The notes under the pieces are model-generated. The model searched no databases and was not told the DNA's origin. It saw only the letters and a program-made list of their open reading frames with translations. The position numbers and the translations under genes are program-made. 64,000 bases of DNA from Chara braunii (lineage: Eukaryota > Plantae > Charophyceae). The stretch lies in the NCBI GenBank assembly GCA_003427395.1, contig BFEA01000009.1, forward strand, positions 3,652,863 through 3,716,862, in the 5' to 3' direction. Of the stretch, positions 1 through 12,395 are shown one piece after another. Numbering within the stretch: position 1 is the first letter of the stretch; each line of letters opens with the position of its first letter.

Positions 1-229
1 TCATGGGCCTGATTTCCCCAAAACGGTCCGTGCCTAACTGACACATCGTAAAACATTCCTGTCGTATGTGGCTGGAAGTGGTGGATCCAGACGAAGGTCG
101 AGTCCACCAAGTCTCTTGCCCTCGAGAGGATGCCGAATACCAAGTCTACCATAAAACGGGGTACTCGGCACCGCAATCCTGTAATCGGGGCCCTAAACTC
201 TCGCCATCCTCCTACCTCCACCCGAGTTC

Positions 230-616
230 TCAGTCCCACATTCCTTCTCCCCGAATCTCCTGGCCTATCCGGTTCACTATCCTCGCAACCCTTCCGAATA
301 TTGGCAGCAGTCCATGTCCTAGTGCCATCTCAGTTCCTAGCATGTGCCACCCAATCTCTGATAGGTATACGGTCTCCGTCACCCTCAATTCAGCATATAG
401 ATCGTCCCCTGGTCCCCTATTGAACCTCATACCTCTCCATAAACATTCTACGATCATGAAGGTCCGGTCCCTTCCCAAGGTCACAACTCTCCATTCCGTG
501 TCGATCCCTCGAACCAAGTAGCTTGCAGGAAGTGACACTTCCCATCCATCCCCACTTTCCGTGGGCGGTCGAGGGTGCGTGGGTCATCGTGACATCCGGG
601 CGCGTCTCGTTGCCAT
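230..616 (-). pseudogene. Accessory ORF4 of element A (unknown family)
   Basis: MATRR...VSLPASYLVRGIDTEWRVVTLGRDRTFMIVECLWRGMRFNRG; close protein similarity to 20494-20832; internal stop. Confidence 0.75.
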
Positions 617-762
617 TGTCCGTCAGCGGTTCCCTGCACAGTTTAAACAGCAAGCGAACTCCGCGTATTTCATCCATTCCTTCGACCACCATTTGGGCAA
701 CTCCCCAGTCCTTAATCCGCCCTCCTTTTCTTCCTTACTCCAACCTTCTTTCCTTTCTCTTT

Positions 763-1534
763 TTACTGACCCGTCTCCTCTTCTGATGACTCGTACAGGC
801 GGTTCAGATCGTCAACGTAAATCAACCCCTGGTTTATTTCTCGTCGGACGACGCCCCATAGAACTTCATAGTTAACAATTGGAACCAGAGGCCTTGTGGT
901 GAACACGGCCTGCAGTATTCGCAACACCTCGTACCTCTGCCCACCGTCAAACGGCCCCATTTCCAGGAAAGCTCGGCAGTATTCCCGGTGGACCGCCGCC
1001 TCCTCAAACGTCAGGTTGGCGAGGTCGGCCACTGCCCGCCTGACAAGATCCAGCCCGCCTAGTCTTTCTAGTAAGAAGGGTGGCAACCTCATTCGAACGT
1101 TCTCACTAGGCAAATTGAAACTCCCGGTCATGGTCACCCTAAGGTTCGTTGTCACGTGGTCGAACTCCGGATCTGCGAACTCGAGCCCCACATGCCACAC
1201 TATCTGCCATGCTCCTTCGAACATGCTTATCGGATCTTCTCCTGACGCTAGTAGGATTCCGAACGAGCGTCATCCATCCTCCGATAAGTACAATCATCCT
1301 TCCGCGCGGACATGTCCCCGGGTCTGGATTCCACTCGTCATTCTCATCCGCCCGCCACTCAACCTTGGCTACCAGGAAAACCATGTTTTCCATAAGCTCG
1401 ACCCCAACCCAATCCACCACCGGGTGTCGGACCTCACTTACGGTAGGTAGGCTGATTTCTACGTCGTCAGTCGCTTCCCTTGGCGGCTTAATTCCCAGCG
1501 GGCGATCCTCAAGAAACGTCCTCCTTCGTGCCAT
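763..1534 (-). pseudogene. Accessory ORF3 of element A (unknown family, frameshifted)
   Basis: ORFs 1139-1534 and 763-1224 together align with the single ORF 20949-21725 (DWVG...HREY.RAFL.MGPF...WGV.RRE...Y.DD). Confidence 0.8.
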
Positions 1535-1752
1535 TGCGCGTCCTCTACCTGCCTTCGATCTTTATGGCGCCGCAACGATTCTTACAATGGTCGGACACCC
1601 CAATCCCAGTCTTAATAGTTCTACCCCTCGAGGGTTTGCTTAAAATACATGTTCCCCCGTCTACGTCACCCCCTAATTTTTTTTTTCTTTCCCCCTTCTT
1701 TTCTCCCTTTACCCCCTAGCTTACCCTGCTAGTTCGAGTTTTTTTCCTGCTC

Positions 1753-2508
1753 CTAGTCGTACCACGTTACCTCGAATAGTTTGAACACATCATCCACATT
1801 GCAAGGTGTTGCTGCTACCTCTCTGCGGATTATGGCTTCCCTGATCTCTGGAGCTACCTCTAGCCGGTCGTTCCTGTCCATATCCAAAATGATGAGGACC
1901 TCCCGACCTCTGTCGCCGTGGAAGGGCCCAAATTTCAACGATGTTTTATAAAATTCTTCCGTCAGCCATGCGCAATTTACGTGTAACCGCCCCATAGTGT
2001 TGGCCACCTCCGCGACGTGGTCAAAGCCCCCAAACCAGTCCGCCACGAACTCGTGTACCCAAATCTTGGTTCGCAGGCAGGAAGGCCTAAACTCCTTCCA
2101 TCCCCCCATTACGACCTTACTACGGACCACGTCCTAACCTTTGTTGGCAAACCTCTCGCCTGCCTTTCGAGTCCTCGCCTCGGCATCCCCCAGAAGCCAC
2201 ATCAGACTTTGTTCTGCTGCGAGCGTTGTGCAAAATAAGTGTCACCCTTGCTCGAAGAAGATAACCGTCCCGACCGATTCCACCCTTCCTTCCGCAATCT
2301 CTTCTCATCCTTCCTCTTCTCTTAGAGGGTTCCAGACGCACTCTACCCACATGTATGATAATTCCGGTACAATCCCAAGTCCAACCCAGTCACATGTAGT
2401 CCCTCTTCATTCATTATCTGCTGGTATGAACATCTCTACCCCCCCTTCGACTCGTCTCGGCTCCCATCCTTTAAACGTGCAGTCCTTTAACTATAGTCCC
2501 CTTGCCAT
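1753..2508 (-). pseudogene. Accessory ORF2 of element A (paralog of ORF3/ORF4)
   Basis: Single frame from ATG 2508 with in-frame stops: MARGL*...VEMFIPA...DWVGL...YMWVECVW...GTVIFFEQG*...GGFDHV...FGPFHG...EVLIIL...IIRREV...VDDVFKLFE. Confidence 0.7.
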
Positions 2509-2575
2509 CCTTGATCCTCTGCACAACCCCAATCCACCCATGCCATACAACCCCGAGCCCTTTCTTTTAGAAATC

Positions 2576-3433
2576 TCAATCCTCAATCTCTACCCCCTCT
2601 TCCTCATCCGAGTCGTCTCCGTCTTCCTCATACCACAAGTTCTGTACCCCTTCCAGAAACGTCTCCCCTATCGCGACATTCCTATATATTATCCTCCAAT
2701 GCACGTTGCTCGGGACGAACAGGCCGTCCGTACTAAGATGGTTTAGCATCGTGGCTAGTTCCCTCGCCCAATTCCCTTCGAACGTCCCCTTCTCGACAGG
2801 CAAACGAAAGAAGTCCTGCCGGGCCCCTTGGTACAGCCCCAAACTTGCCATGGATCTACATATCCGCACCAGCCTGCTCCGGGTTCAGAAGACGGCGTCC
2901 ACCATGAAGGGCGACATGACACACCTCAAGGTCCTAAACGGATTTCGTACGTTCCGTCTATCCCCAAGTTCCACACGTACATCGATCACCTCTGTCACCA
3001 TTTCCACCCGCTGGCACGTGGGCCACACCACTTCCTGCTCAACCTCTTTGAACAACTTGTACGGGAGTAATCCTAAGACAAGCTCTATAATCATGGCGTT
3101 TTCCCTTTCCTTAGACAAGTAGACCCATCCCCGGGTCTCCACGGTCCCTCGAAGCTCTAAGTCCAGCAGGCTTGGCGCTAACCTCGTCAAACTAACCTTG
3201 GTCCACATTGTTTCGATCCATAGGAAGGCATCATTTTCAACCAGCATCACGGTTTGGTATGCCGCTCCAGGTCCGTCCAAGTCCCTTCTTCCGGCATCAC
3301 GACTCACACCCCACCCCTTACGTCCACCGACATTTATGGTCCGCCAGAGTAGGTTGGCGAGGACAACCACCGTGCCCATTTCCCAAGTACCGTCGCCCTG
3401 TCGCACCCAAAGTTGGTCACCACTCACCGACAT
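2576..3433 (-). pseudogene. Accessory ORF1 of element A (paralog; acidic C-terminal tail)
   Basis: ORFs 2885-3433 and 2576-2869 are in the same frame, split by one TGA at 2885-2887; motifs FLWIETMW, WVYLS, SPFM, GTFEG, WRIIYRNV match the other paralogs. Confidence 0.7.
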
Positions 3434-6138
3434 TCCTTCTCTTGGTTCCTTTCCTTCCGACTTCTATCCTTGCTTCTTTCCATCTTCTCTCACTCGTGCG
3501 GACTTAGATAGGGGGCGAGAATAAACTTAGAAGACCCGATTCCTTCCCAACAATCCCAAGCAACTTTACAGAGGGAGGCAGAAAAGAAAAAAATCAGGCA
3601 ATCCTCGCACACAGGCCGGTCATCTCCTCACCGACCTTTTCCCAAAAGTGGTCTCTCCATTGTTACTATCGGCAAAGTTTTATCCCATACCTCAAGCACT
3701 GCTCAACCGTCACGAGCGCGGTACCCAGACTCCAGTGGGGGGACACCCTCACCTTCTTGCCCAGAATACCCCATCCCGTCTTGCCGCTCTTGTACACCTC
3801 CGTTGGCACAGGGAATTACCCTGTGTACTCGGTGGGGACAAAAATCAGTCGTCCGGGCATTCACATCCATCGGTCCGATAAGAATCAGCCTTTACCATGC
3901 TGTATCGCGAGAGGCTACTAATCGCCTCCGGAGCTCCCTCCGGGCCCCACATGCAACGCCCCCCCCCGCCCGTCAACAGGTCAGGCCCCACCTGAGGAGA
4001 CGTTTCGCACCCCTTCCGGGCAAGGCGCCGAGCCAAGCTCGGACCCACCCGGGCGAGAATGCTACTGATCAACCGGCGTGCCAACACCCGCCCAACGGTT
4101 CGGTGGCGTGACCTTGCACATGAAAGCTCGGCGGCCTTCCCGAAGAAAACGACGTTTCACAACCCGCACCAGTCGGCACAGACCCACCCTTTCCTTCCGA
4201 AATGGCAGGACGCCTAATCCCCATTCATGCAAACCACAAATCCCAAGTGGGACACATATAATACAAGTGTCTTTCCCATGCTGCTCCCAGCGCTTCCTAC
4301 CCATGCCTCATGTTTTTCTCTCGGGACCGTGTGTGCCACTCACCCCTAGTTTCCATACATCGTGCCTGGTTCCTTTTCGTGAGCATCTTCAAGGGTGAGC
4401 TAGTTTTCTTGGAGTCTAGCAACTCCCTTCATTCCCCTCAGCTTCACTTGTGTATCCGTTCATAGGGCGAGATTGTTCTTTCTTGATTACCGTTTTGTTC
4501 GTATGAGGTTCCTTCAAGCATTTCAAGTGAAAGTGCAAGGAGCCCGCTGGGCTCTGAAGAAGAGAGAAGAAGGCACCCGTGTCGGTCGGATCACTCCGCC
4601 GTGGGATTTTCATTTGAATCCGGCCTAGGCCGAGCACCAACCGCCTGCCAGGTAACCGGAGCCCTTCTTTCACACGAAGAGGAAGAGTCGACATGTGGCT
4701 TGCCCGAGGCTTCCCCGGACCGACGAACATCAGCCCGAAAGAAGAAGGACTAGAGTTACCTCCCAAGGAGGTGGCTAACCAAGTGTGCAATACACATGTT
4801 ATTCCTCCAGGCCTGGCCTTGCCATGCGCCCAACCGTCCTCAAATCTGATTCTCTCAAGGGGATAGAGCATACACAAGTCCTCGTTCCTTATCTTGAGTT
4901 TTGTTCGCGCACATGCGTCGGGCGCCCCCCTTGGGATCGTATGGGTCAGTTTAACCCATACCCGGCACCTCCACCATTTTTTTGTAGGGTCGTACCCTGA
5001 TAGACTTTCGAGCCTGAGTCGACCCCTTTGAGGGTCCCATTTGGCTCGACCCGCCCACGCTCATGCTCAGGCCGCGGGTCGTTTGTCTCAGGGGCACCCC
5101 CACCTAGTGCTATGAGATGGATGGGGATGGGTCATTTGCGAGACGGCTTTAGATTGGGGATGTAGCTCTGCTCTCGTGCTAGATGGTAGCTTTAGGGTCA
5201 CTCACGGCATTTTCTTAATTCACTTAAATGTGGCCAGACAATTGCTCCTTCCAATACACAAGCAGTTCAGGGGGTTCATTGATAATTTTTCTTCTTTTGT
5301 GCATAGGCCAAGCGTTATCCTTGGGCCACACACGTTTTCACTAAGCACAACAATCCCTACGACATCATCGGGGGCGGCGACACCGTCCATCCCCTAACCC
5401 CTATTTTTTTTTGCTTGACATACGCATTATACTCACATATCCGTCGCTAGCCCTTAGTCTTTTCGGGCTTTCACATTGCATGCAAAGAGTTAAGACACAC
5501 ATTCATCATGCCGAGTCTCGCCCTCTTTTCCTTGCCCTCTTCCCCGTGCGCTCGACACCAAGACCCACCGGCATCGAGTTTTACGTTAAGCCCGTGACCT
5601 TCCCCGTCTTTGCTCATGCTTCCCTCTTGCTTGCGAATCCCGGACCCAATCCCGCTCAAGCCATTTAGCTACTCACCTGCACAATCCCACACAAGGCAAA
5701 GACCGATACCATCCCTCATTGGGGTCAACACATTGCCCTTCCCGCAAGCCTAAGTTCCTTTCCCTCCCAAGGTTCCTTCAACTTTCTCTTTCCTTCACAA
5801 TCAAGCCATGCATTTTCCTCAGTCATGCAGTCGGGGGAATGGTTGAGTCAACTGACCATGTGCCAAACTCTCACTTTCACACTCTCTCAAGTCCTTGTCT
5901 TTCCAATTCTCAGGGGCTTTCCTTTCTCTCCTTCTTGGTGGCGCAAGGGACCGGCTATCCTCCCCTTGCCCTCTTTCTCCACCAAGTAAGGACCGCTTTC
6001 TTTCACCGTTCGTTCCTTGGCAATGTAACAAGGTGAGGGGAAGGGTTAGTCACGTGCCAAGAAGGAAGAGGGGGAGAGGGTAAGGTGAAGGTCAAGGGTC
6101 CCGGGAAAGAGAATGAGAACGAGAGAGAGAAAATGAGG

Positions 6139-6141
<3 letters not shown>

Positions 6142-6214
<73 letters not shown>
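6142..6214. repeat. (GA)n microsatellite
   Basis: Direct observation. Confidence 0.95.
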
Positions 6215-6217
<3 letters not shown>

Positions 6218-6374
6218 AATAAGAGACTCCGAACTCCTAATCAACCTTGCTCCTTAGCGCGTCCTACCGTCCTACCTAATGCTCCTTGCGCCCTCTGGCG
6301 CCTCCTTTGTTTGCGACCTTCGAGTGACGGAAGAGGACGGAGGAGGAAAGAGGTGCAAAGTGGTTTGGTCACAG

Positions 6375-7705
6375 AGGATGGGTGAAGGAGGTGGTGGAGG
6401 AAGAAGGTGGAAGGTGGTTGGCTATGGCGGATGGGTGAAGGAGATGGTGGAGGGTGAAGGTGCAAGGTGGTTGGCTATGGTGGATGGGTAAAGGAGATGG
6501 ACGAGGAAGAAGGTGGAAGGCGGTCGGCTATGGTGGATGGGTGAAGGAGGTGGTGGAAGAAGAAGGTGATCGGCTACGGTGGATGGGTGAAGGAGGTGGT
6601 GGAGAAAGAAGCTGGAAGGTGGTTGGCTATGGTGAATGGGTGAAAGAGGGGGTGGAGGAAGGAGGTGGAAGGTGGTCGGTTATGGTGGATGGGTGAAGGA
6701 GGTGGTGGAGGAAGAAGGTGGAAGGTGGTTGGCTATGGTGGACGGGTGAAGGAGGTGGTGGAAGACGAAGGTGGAAGGTGGTTGGCTATGGCAGATGGGT
6801 GAAGGAGATGGAGGAGGAAGAAGGTGGAAGGCGGTCGGCTATGGTGGATGGGTGGAGGTGGTGGAGGAAGAAGGTGGAAGGTGGTTGGCTATGGTGGACG
6901 GGTGAAGGAGGTGGTGGGGGACGAAGGTCAAAGGTGGTTGGCTATGGTGAATGAGTGAAAGAGGTGGTGGAGGAAGGAGGTGGAAGGTTGTTGGCTATGG
7001 TGGATGGGTGAAAGAGGTTGGCGATGGGTGAAGGAGGTGGTGGAGGAAGAAGGTGGAAGGTGATCGGCTATGGTGGATGAGTGAAGGAGGTGGTGGAGGG
7101 CGAAGGTGGAAGGTGGTCGGCTATGGTGGATGGGTGAAGGAGGTGGTGGAGGAAGAAGGTGGAAGGTGGCTGGCCATGGCGGATGGGTGAAGGAGACGGT
7201 GGAGGAAGAAGGCGGAAGGTGATCGACTATGGTGGATAGGCGAAGGAGGTGGTGGAGGAAGAAGGTGGAAGGTGATTGGCTATGGTGGATGTGGTGGAGG
7301 AAGAAGGTGGAAGGTGGTCGGCTATGGTGGATGGGTGAAGGAGGTGGTGGAGGAAGGTGGAAGGTGGTCGGCTATGGTGGATGGGTGAAGGAGGTGGNGA
7401 AGGTGGAAGGTGGTCGGCTATGGTGGATGGGTGAAGGAGGTGGTGGAGGAAGAAGGTGGAAGGTGGTCGGCTATGGTGGATGGGTGAAGGAGGTGGTGGA
7501 GGAAGAAGGTGAAAGGTGGTTGGCTATGGTGGACGAGTGAAGGAGGTGGTGGAGGANGAAGGTGGAATGTGGTTGGCTATGGTGGATGGGTGAAAGAGGT
7601 GGTGGAGGAAGGAGGTGGAAGGTGGTTGGCTATGGTGGATGGGTGAAAGAGGTTGACTATGGTGGATGGGTGAAGAAGGCGGTGAAGGAAGAAGGTGGAA
7701 GGTGG
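6375..7705. repeat. G-rich ~53-bp minisatellite (GGTGGAAGGTGGTTGGCTATGGTGGATGGGTGAAGGAGGTGGTGGAGGAAGAA), roughly 25 degenerate copies
   Basis: Tandem units directly visible. Confidence 0.95.
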
Positions 7706-8527
7706 GAGGCGTCGCCCTTGCTACTTCAAGTGTCCTAGGTCCGGCCGTCTACACCCCTCCGGCCTCCAGGCAAAAATCCTAGCACTAATCCTACAATAGC
7801 TATGCAGATAGACACAGATTTGCAGAAAACACAGTTCTGTAGGGACCCACAGATTTGCAGAAACACACAGTTTTACAAAAAATGCATAATTTGCAGATTT
7901 GTTGTTTTTTCGGCACTTTTTGCCGTTTTTGCATAAGTGTGGGGTGCCGGAAAACACAGGTCTGTGTTTCCTGCCCCAAACGTCCTCAGAATCCCTCAAA
8001 ATTTGGAGGGCTCTTTCACTGCACCTCAGGGAAGGCCTCTGCAAAATTTGAAGTGATTCCGATGTCGTTTGGCCGTACTTGTCTGTTTCGGGCGCCTTCC
8101 GGCCTCAATGCGAACAATTCGGGGAAGTCCGTTCTCCGTTTTTTTCAGAAAAACGGACTCCGATGGTCTGCTGGGTCTGCAGGCCACCTGTTTATGCCTA
8201 GGATATGAGGTCTGAGAAGTTTTAGGCCACATACCCCATGTTTGACAGATTTGTCACAGGGGTGTTTCCGGGTCGTTTCGGTCCGCTTGCGGTTTTCAGG
8301 GCGGTCTTGCGTCGGCGGCCGGCCACTTGTTTTCCTTTGCAGCAGCAGATGTCCGGCTTGGCCAGACCTTTTCAGCAGCTAAGGACCTACAACAATCAGA
8401 AACAGCCGCAGCAACAGTAGTCTAAACAATTGGAAATAAGTATCCTACCTACTTCTCCATTACCGCGTTCGAATAGAACACGAGGGGGGGTGAAAGCATG
8501 CGGTATTGGAGCACAGAGGGGGGCATG

Positions 8528-9545
8528 GCGATTTTCACTAGACTAGGAAAATGGTCAATGCATGAGCACAACATCACAAAAACACTAGAATGAACCAAGA
8601 TTGGACTAGCGATTTACACCATAGTGGAGGTTGAAGGAGAGAGTGGAGAGAAAGTGAGTGAAACTCACTTTTGGACTCTCAGACACACAAGGGAAAGTTG
8701 CGATTTACACTAGACTAAAAAAATGGACAATGCACACGACATCACAAAAACACTAGAACGAACCAAGATTGATCTAGCGATTTACACCATAGTGAAGATT
8801 GAAGGAGAGCGTGGAGAGAAAGTGAATGAAACTCACTTTTGGACTCACACACACACAAGGGAAAGTTGTGATTTACACTAGACTAGAAAAATGGACAATG
8901 CATGAGCACATCATCATAAAAAACACTAGAATGAACGAAGATTGAACTAGCAATTTACACCATAGTGAAGATTGAAGGAGAGAGTGAATAGAAAGTGAGT
9001 GAAACTCACTTTTGGACTCACACACACACAAGGGAAAGTTGCGATTTACACTAGACTAGAAAAATGGACAATGCATGAGCGCAACATCACAAAAACACTA
9101 GAATGAACCAAGATTGAACTTGCGATTTACACAATAGTGAAGATTGAAGGAGAGAGTGAAGAGAAAGTGAGCGAAACTCACTTTTGGACTCACACACACA
9201 CACAAGGGAAAATTGCGATTTACACTAGACTAGAAAAATGGACAATGCATGAGCACAACATCACAAAAACACTAGAATGGACCAAGATTGAACTTGCAAC
9301 TTACACCATAGTGAAGATTGAAGGAGANNNNNNNNNNNNNNNNNNNNNNNNNNNNNNNNNNNNNNNNNNNNNNNNNNNNNNNNNNNNNNNNNNNNNNNNN
9401 NNNNNNNGAACCAAGATTGAACTTGCGATTTACACCATAGTGAAGATTGAAGGAGAGACTGGAGAGAAAGTGAGTGAAACTCACTTTTGGACTCACACAC
9501 ACACAAGGGAAAGTTGCAATTTACATGAGACTAGAAAAATGGATA
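8528..9545. repeat. ~172-bp tandem repeat, about 6 copies, spanning a small gap
   Basis: Unit start GCGATTTACACTAGACTAG (with variants) recurs at 8528, 8700, 8868, 9041, 9215. Confidence 0.95.
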
Positions 9546-9609
9546 ATGGAGAGTCTACTACTAGTGGAAAAGTCTTCTACTCGCGGTCCAAATCTTTGCG
9601 AGATATCTA

Positions 9610-9739
9610 TAGAGGAAAAGGAGAAGAAAAAAAGAAGAGGAGGAAGAAGAGGGGAAGGGGAAGAAGAAAAAGAAAAAGAAAAAGAAAAAAAGAAGAAAAA
9701 GAAGAGGAAGAAGAGGAGGGAGAAGAAGAAGAAGAAGAA

Positions 9740-9771
<32 letters not shown>

Positions 9772-9775
9772 AGAA
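9610..9775. repeat. (GAA)n / purine-rich simple repeat
   Basis: Direct observation. Confidence 0.9.
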
Positions 9776-12355
9776 AACTCTCTCCACTCACCTCTCCTTG
9801 GTCTTGAAGTTGATATCCCAACCTTTGATGAAGCGTTTCCTCACTTAGCTATGGCTTCCTTCTCCTTCAAGCCCTTCCCCTCCTTCCTCTCTCACTTCCT
9901 CCCAAGTTGCCACAAGCTCCAACCACTATGGCTATGGAGTCCTTCCCTTTAGGAGGGCTAATGAGACTCCCTCTAGCCTGTCTCTCCTCCTCACACCCCG
10001 GGGGTCATGGCCAATCACCTTCCTAGTGCCAACCTCCCTACCACCAGCCTCTAGAGCTCTTTTCCTAACTCCCAGTCTCGTCTAAGCTCTCATACAGGCA
10101 TGGGTTCCCCTCTCCTCACTCCAAGTGTGTGTGGTGCTCTCATGGGCACATTTGGGCAACAAGGGCACTCCTCATACAAATGGGAGTGTGGCAGATTGAA
10201 CTCCCAGCTTATGTGGGCTGTAGCGAGCAGTCCGGCCAGCCGATGGGCCTCCCCATGTGCCTCATGGTGAACCGAGGTACCCCCATGGCCAATTTTCACC
10301 GCTAGGCCTCTCCGGGGGCCGCACCTGGGCCTCATTTTAGCCAGGTTCATGCAGTCCGAGTGGTTGGTACCAACCAACTTGGACTGCCCCTTGGGCCTCT
10401 TTTCAGCCTCATGCCATTTGAAAAATGTTGCCCCCTTGAGTCCAAGGCCCAAGGAACGGCCTACTTGGGGAATGACTTTTTCTCGACTTTTTCTGATCTT
10501 GGCCTCCCTTGGGTAGGCCGGAGAATTTTTTCATATGGCGGTATATTTTCAGCCTTGGATCAGGCTGAGATCCAAGGCAAACACTATTCCGAGCTACCCC
10601 ATGATGTCCCTTGCTTCAAATTTGAGCCCCTAAGTCCAATTTTTCATTTTTTTGTGCATCTTGCTCTCTTTTTGGGCCAGATGCACAATTCTGTCTTTTT
10701 CCTTCTTTTGTTTCTTTCCGTTTTGGGTTGCCACCTCATTCCGGAGCTAGCCGTTTTGAGATGGCCCACAAAAAATGGCTGTTTTCTCTCCACCATGAGA
10801 TCTGATCTCAGATCCATGGTCAAAAAGAAAACTGGTCATTTCTCCCTTGCATTTTCCCTCATTTTCCATTTTTTAATTCAGATATTGTGGAGATATGGCC
10901 CTTGGCAATCCGGACTGCCCTCCCTCCTTCCAAGAGATCCCTCCTTCCAGGAGGGATGAGGTCATCATTAGGACTTGTCAGTCCCTACTGCAGCAGTCCC
11001 AATGGACCGGCGCATTCTCCTCCACCCTTTTCTCCCGTTTTGTCTCATTCTCTCTCCATTTTCTCCCCTTTTTCTTTTATTTTTCTTTTATTTTTGTTGT
11101 GACAAGTGTCAAATAGCTGTGCACTCTTTTTCTAGGCCTTGGAACCTCATTCATGGGCAGGTTCATGGCCGGTTGTTGGCCGTTATATCCCGGACTTCAG
11201 AAATGACCCTCCCATAATTGTAGAGGGCTCCATTTTGCCACCGTTTGTCCGAATTTGAGCCCCTTTTGCTCCGATTTTCCATGGACAGCCTGTTTCTCAT
11301 GTTGGGCCTCTTGAAGCTCTATTTTCACATACCTTGCTAGTCCGAAATATCTCGGACTGCTGGGCAGCTCTTCTATCTCTCATTTTCTCTTTTCTTTTTA
11401 CCGTTAGTCCTCCCGTTTGGGCTCCACTAGTAGTTGCACTAGTGGTGCCGATATTTTTCACCATCAAGATCTTCGATCTTGGTGGCGCCATTGGCCTCGC
11501 GCAACCATTCCCCACATCGGCTCGTGGTTGTTTCCTTGGGACACCTCAGGTCTCCGCCACTTCTCCCGTACTAGTCTTTTTTTTTTTTTTTTTTTTTTTT
11601 TTTTCTTGCCCCGCTGGCACGCATCCTATTTTTCGTCTCTTATTATTTTGACCCACTTAGTCCCCGACAACATCCCGGACGGCGTCCCATTTTTTTGTTT
11701 GGGACTCCCCTTGTCCCCGACAGTCCCAATATCTTTTCCGTGAGTGCCACATGTGTGTCGATTCATCTCACGGTTACCGCTTGCCGTCTTTATTTGCCCC
11801 ATGCCGAAATTACCTTTTTCTAGCCTTTTGGGTTTGTCGTGGCTCATTTTCCCTTAGCCTAGGCATCCTCATGCAGTCCGTTACTTCTTGGATTGCAATC
11901 ATGGTCATTTTCCTAGTTCCACAACCCCACAATGTGCCCCATGCCAAAGGAAAATGAGACGTTCAATTTTTGGGTGCATCCAGGTTCAATATTGGCCCCG
12001 GATGCACCTTGGGTTTGTATTTTCTCTTTCCCAAGTAGTCCGTTGCAACTCGGACTGCAGTAGGGGTCATTTTCGTAGTCCCACTACCCCACAACAAACC
12101 TCAAACTAAAAGAAAAGAAAACGGTCAAGTCCCAAGTGCATCTGGTCTCCATTTTGGCTCCCGGTGCACCAAAAACATGTGTTTGGCCTACCTCATGCAA
12201 TCCATTGTATCTCGGATGCATGAGGGTTTGATTTTTCTTGATTTCTCTGCAAAATCAAAAGAAAATCAAGGAACTTTGTAACCGACATATGCCAAAATGA
12301 ATCTGGTCACAAATGCATCCCCTAGATGGGCGTTTTTGGCTGTTAGTGCGCTTTT

Positions 12356-12395
<40 letters not shown>

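Larger units (their letters stand above)
1..8500 (-). mobile_element. 5' portion (accessory ORF cassette plus leader/LTR-like DNA) of a large Ty3/Gypsy element A; gag-pol expected left of the window; right boundary approximate
   Basis: 1-1550 is colinear and homologous (DNA and protein) with 20265-21750, which lies directly upstream of gag-pol in element B. Confidence 0.65.

Noticed and set aside
6279-7540. Gly/Trp/Glu-rich ORFs
   Set aside because: Translations of the 53-bp minisatellite, whose unit is not a multiple of 3
9137-9952. 271-aa ORF with poly-E/K
   Set aside because: Built from tandem repeat, N gap and (GAA)n
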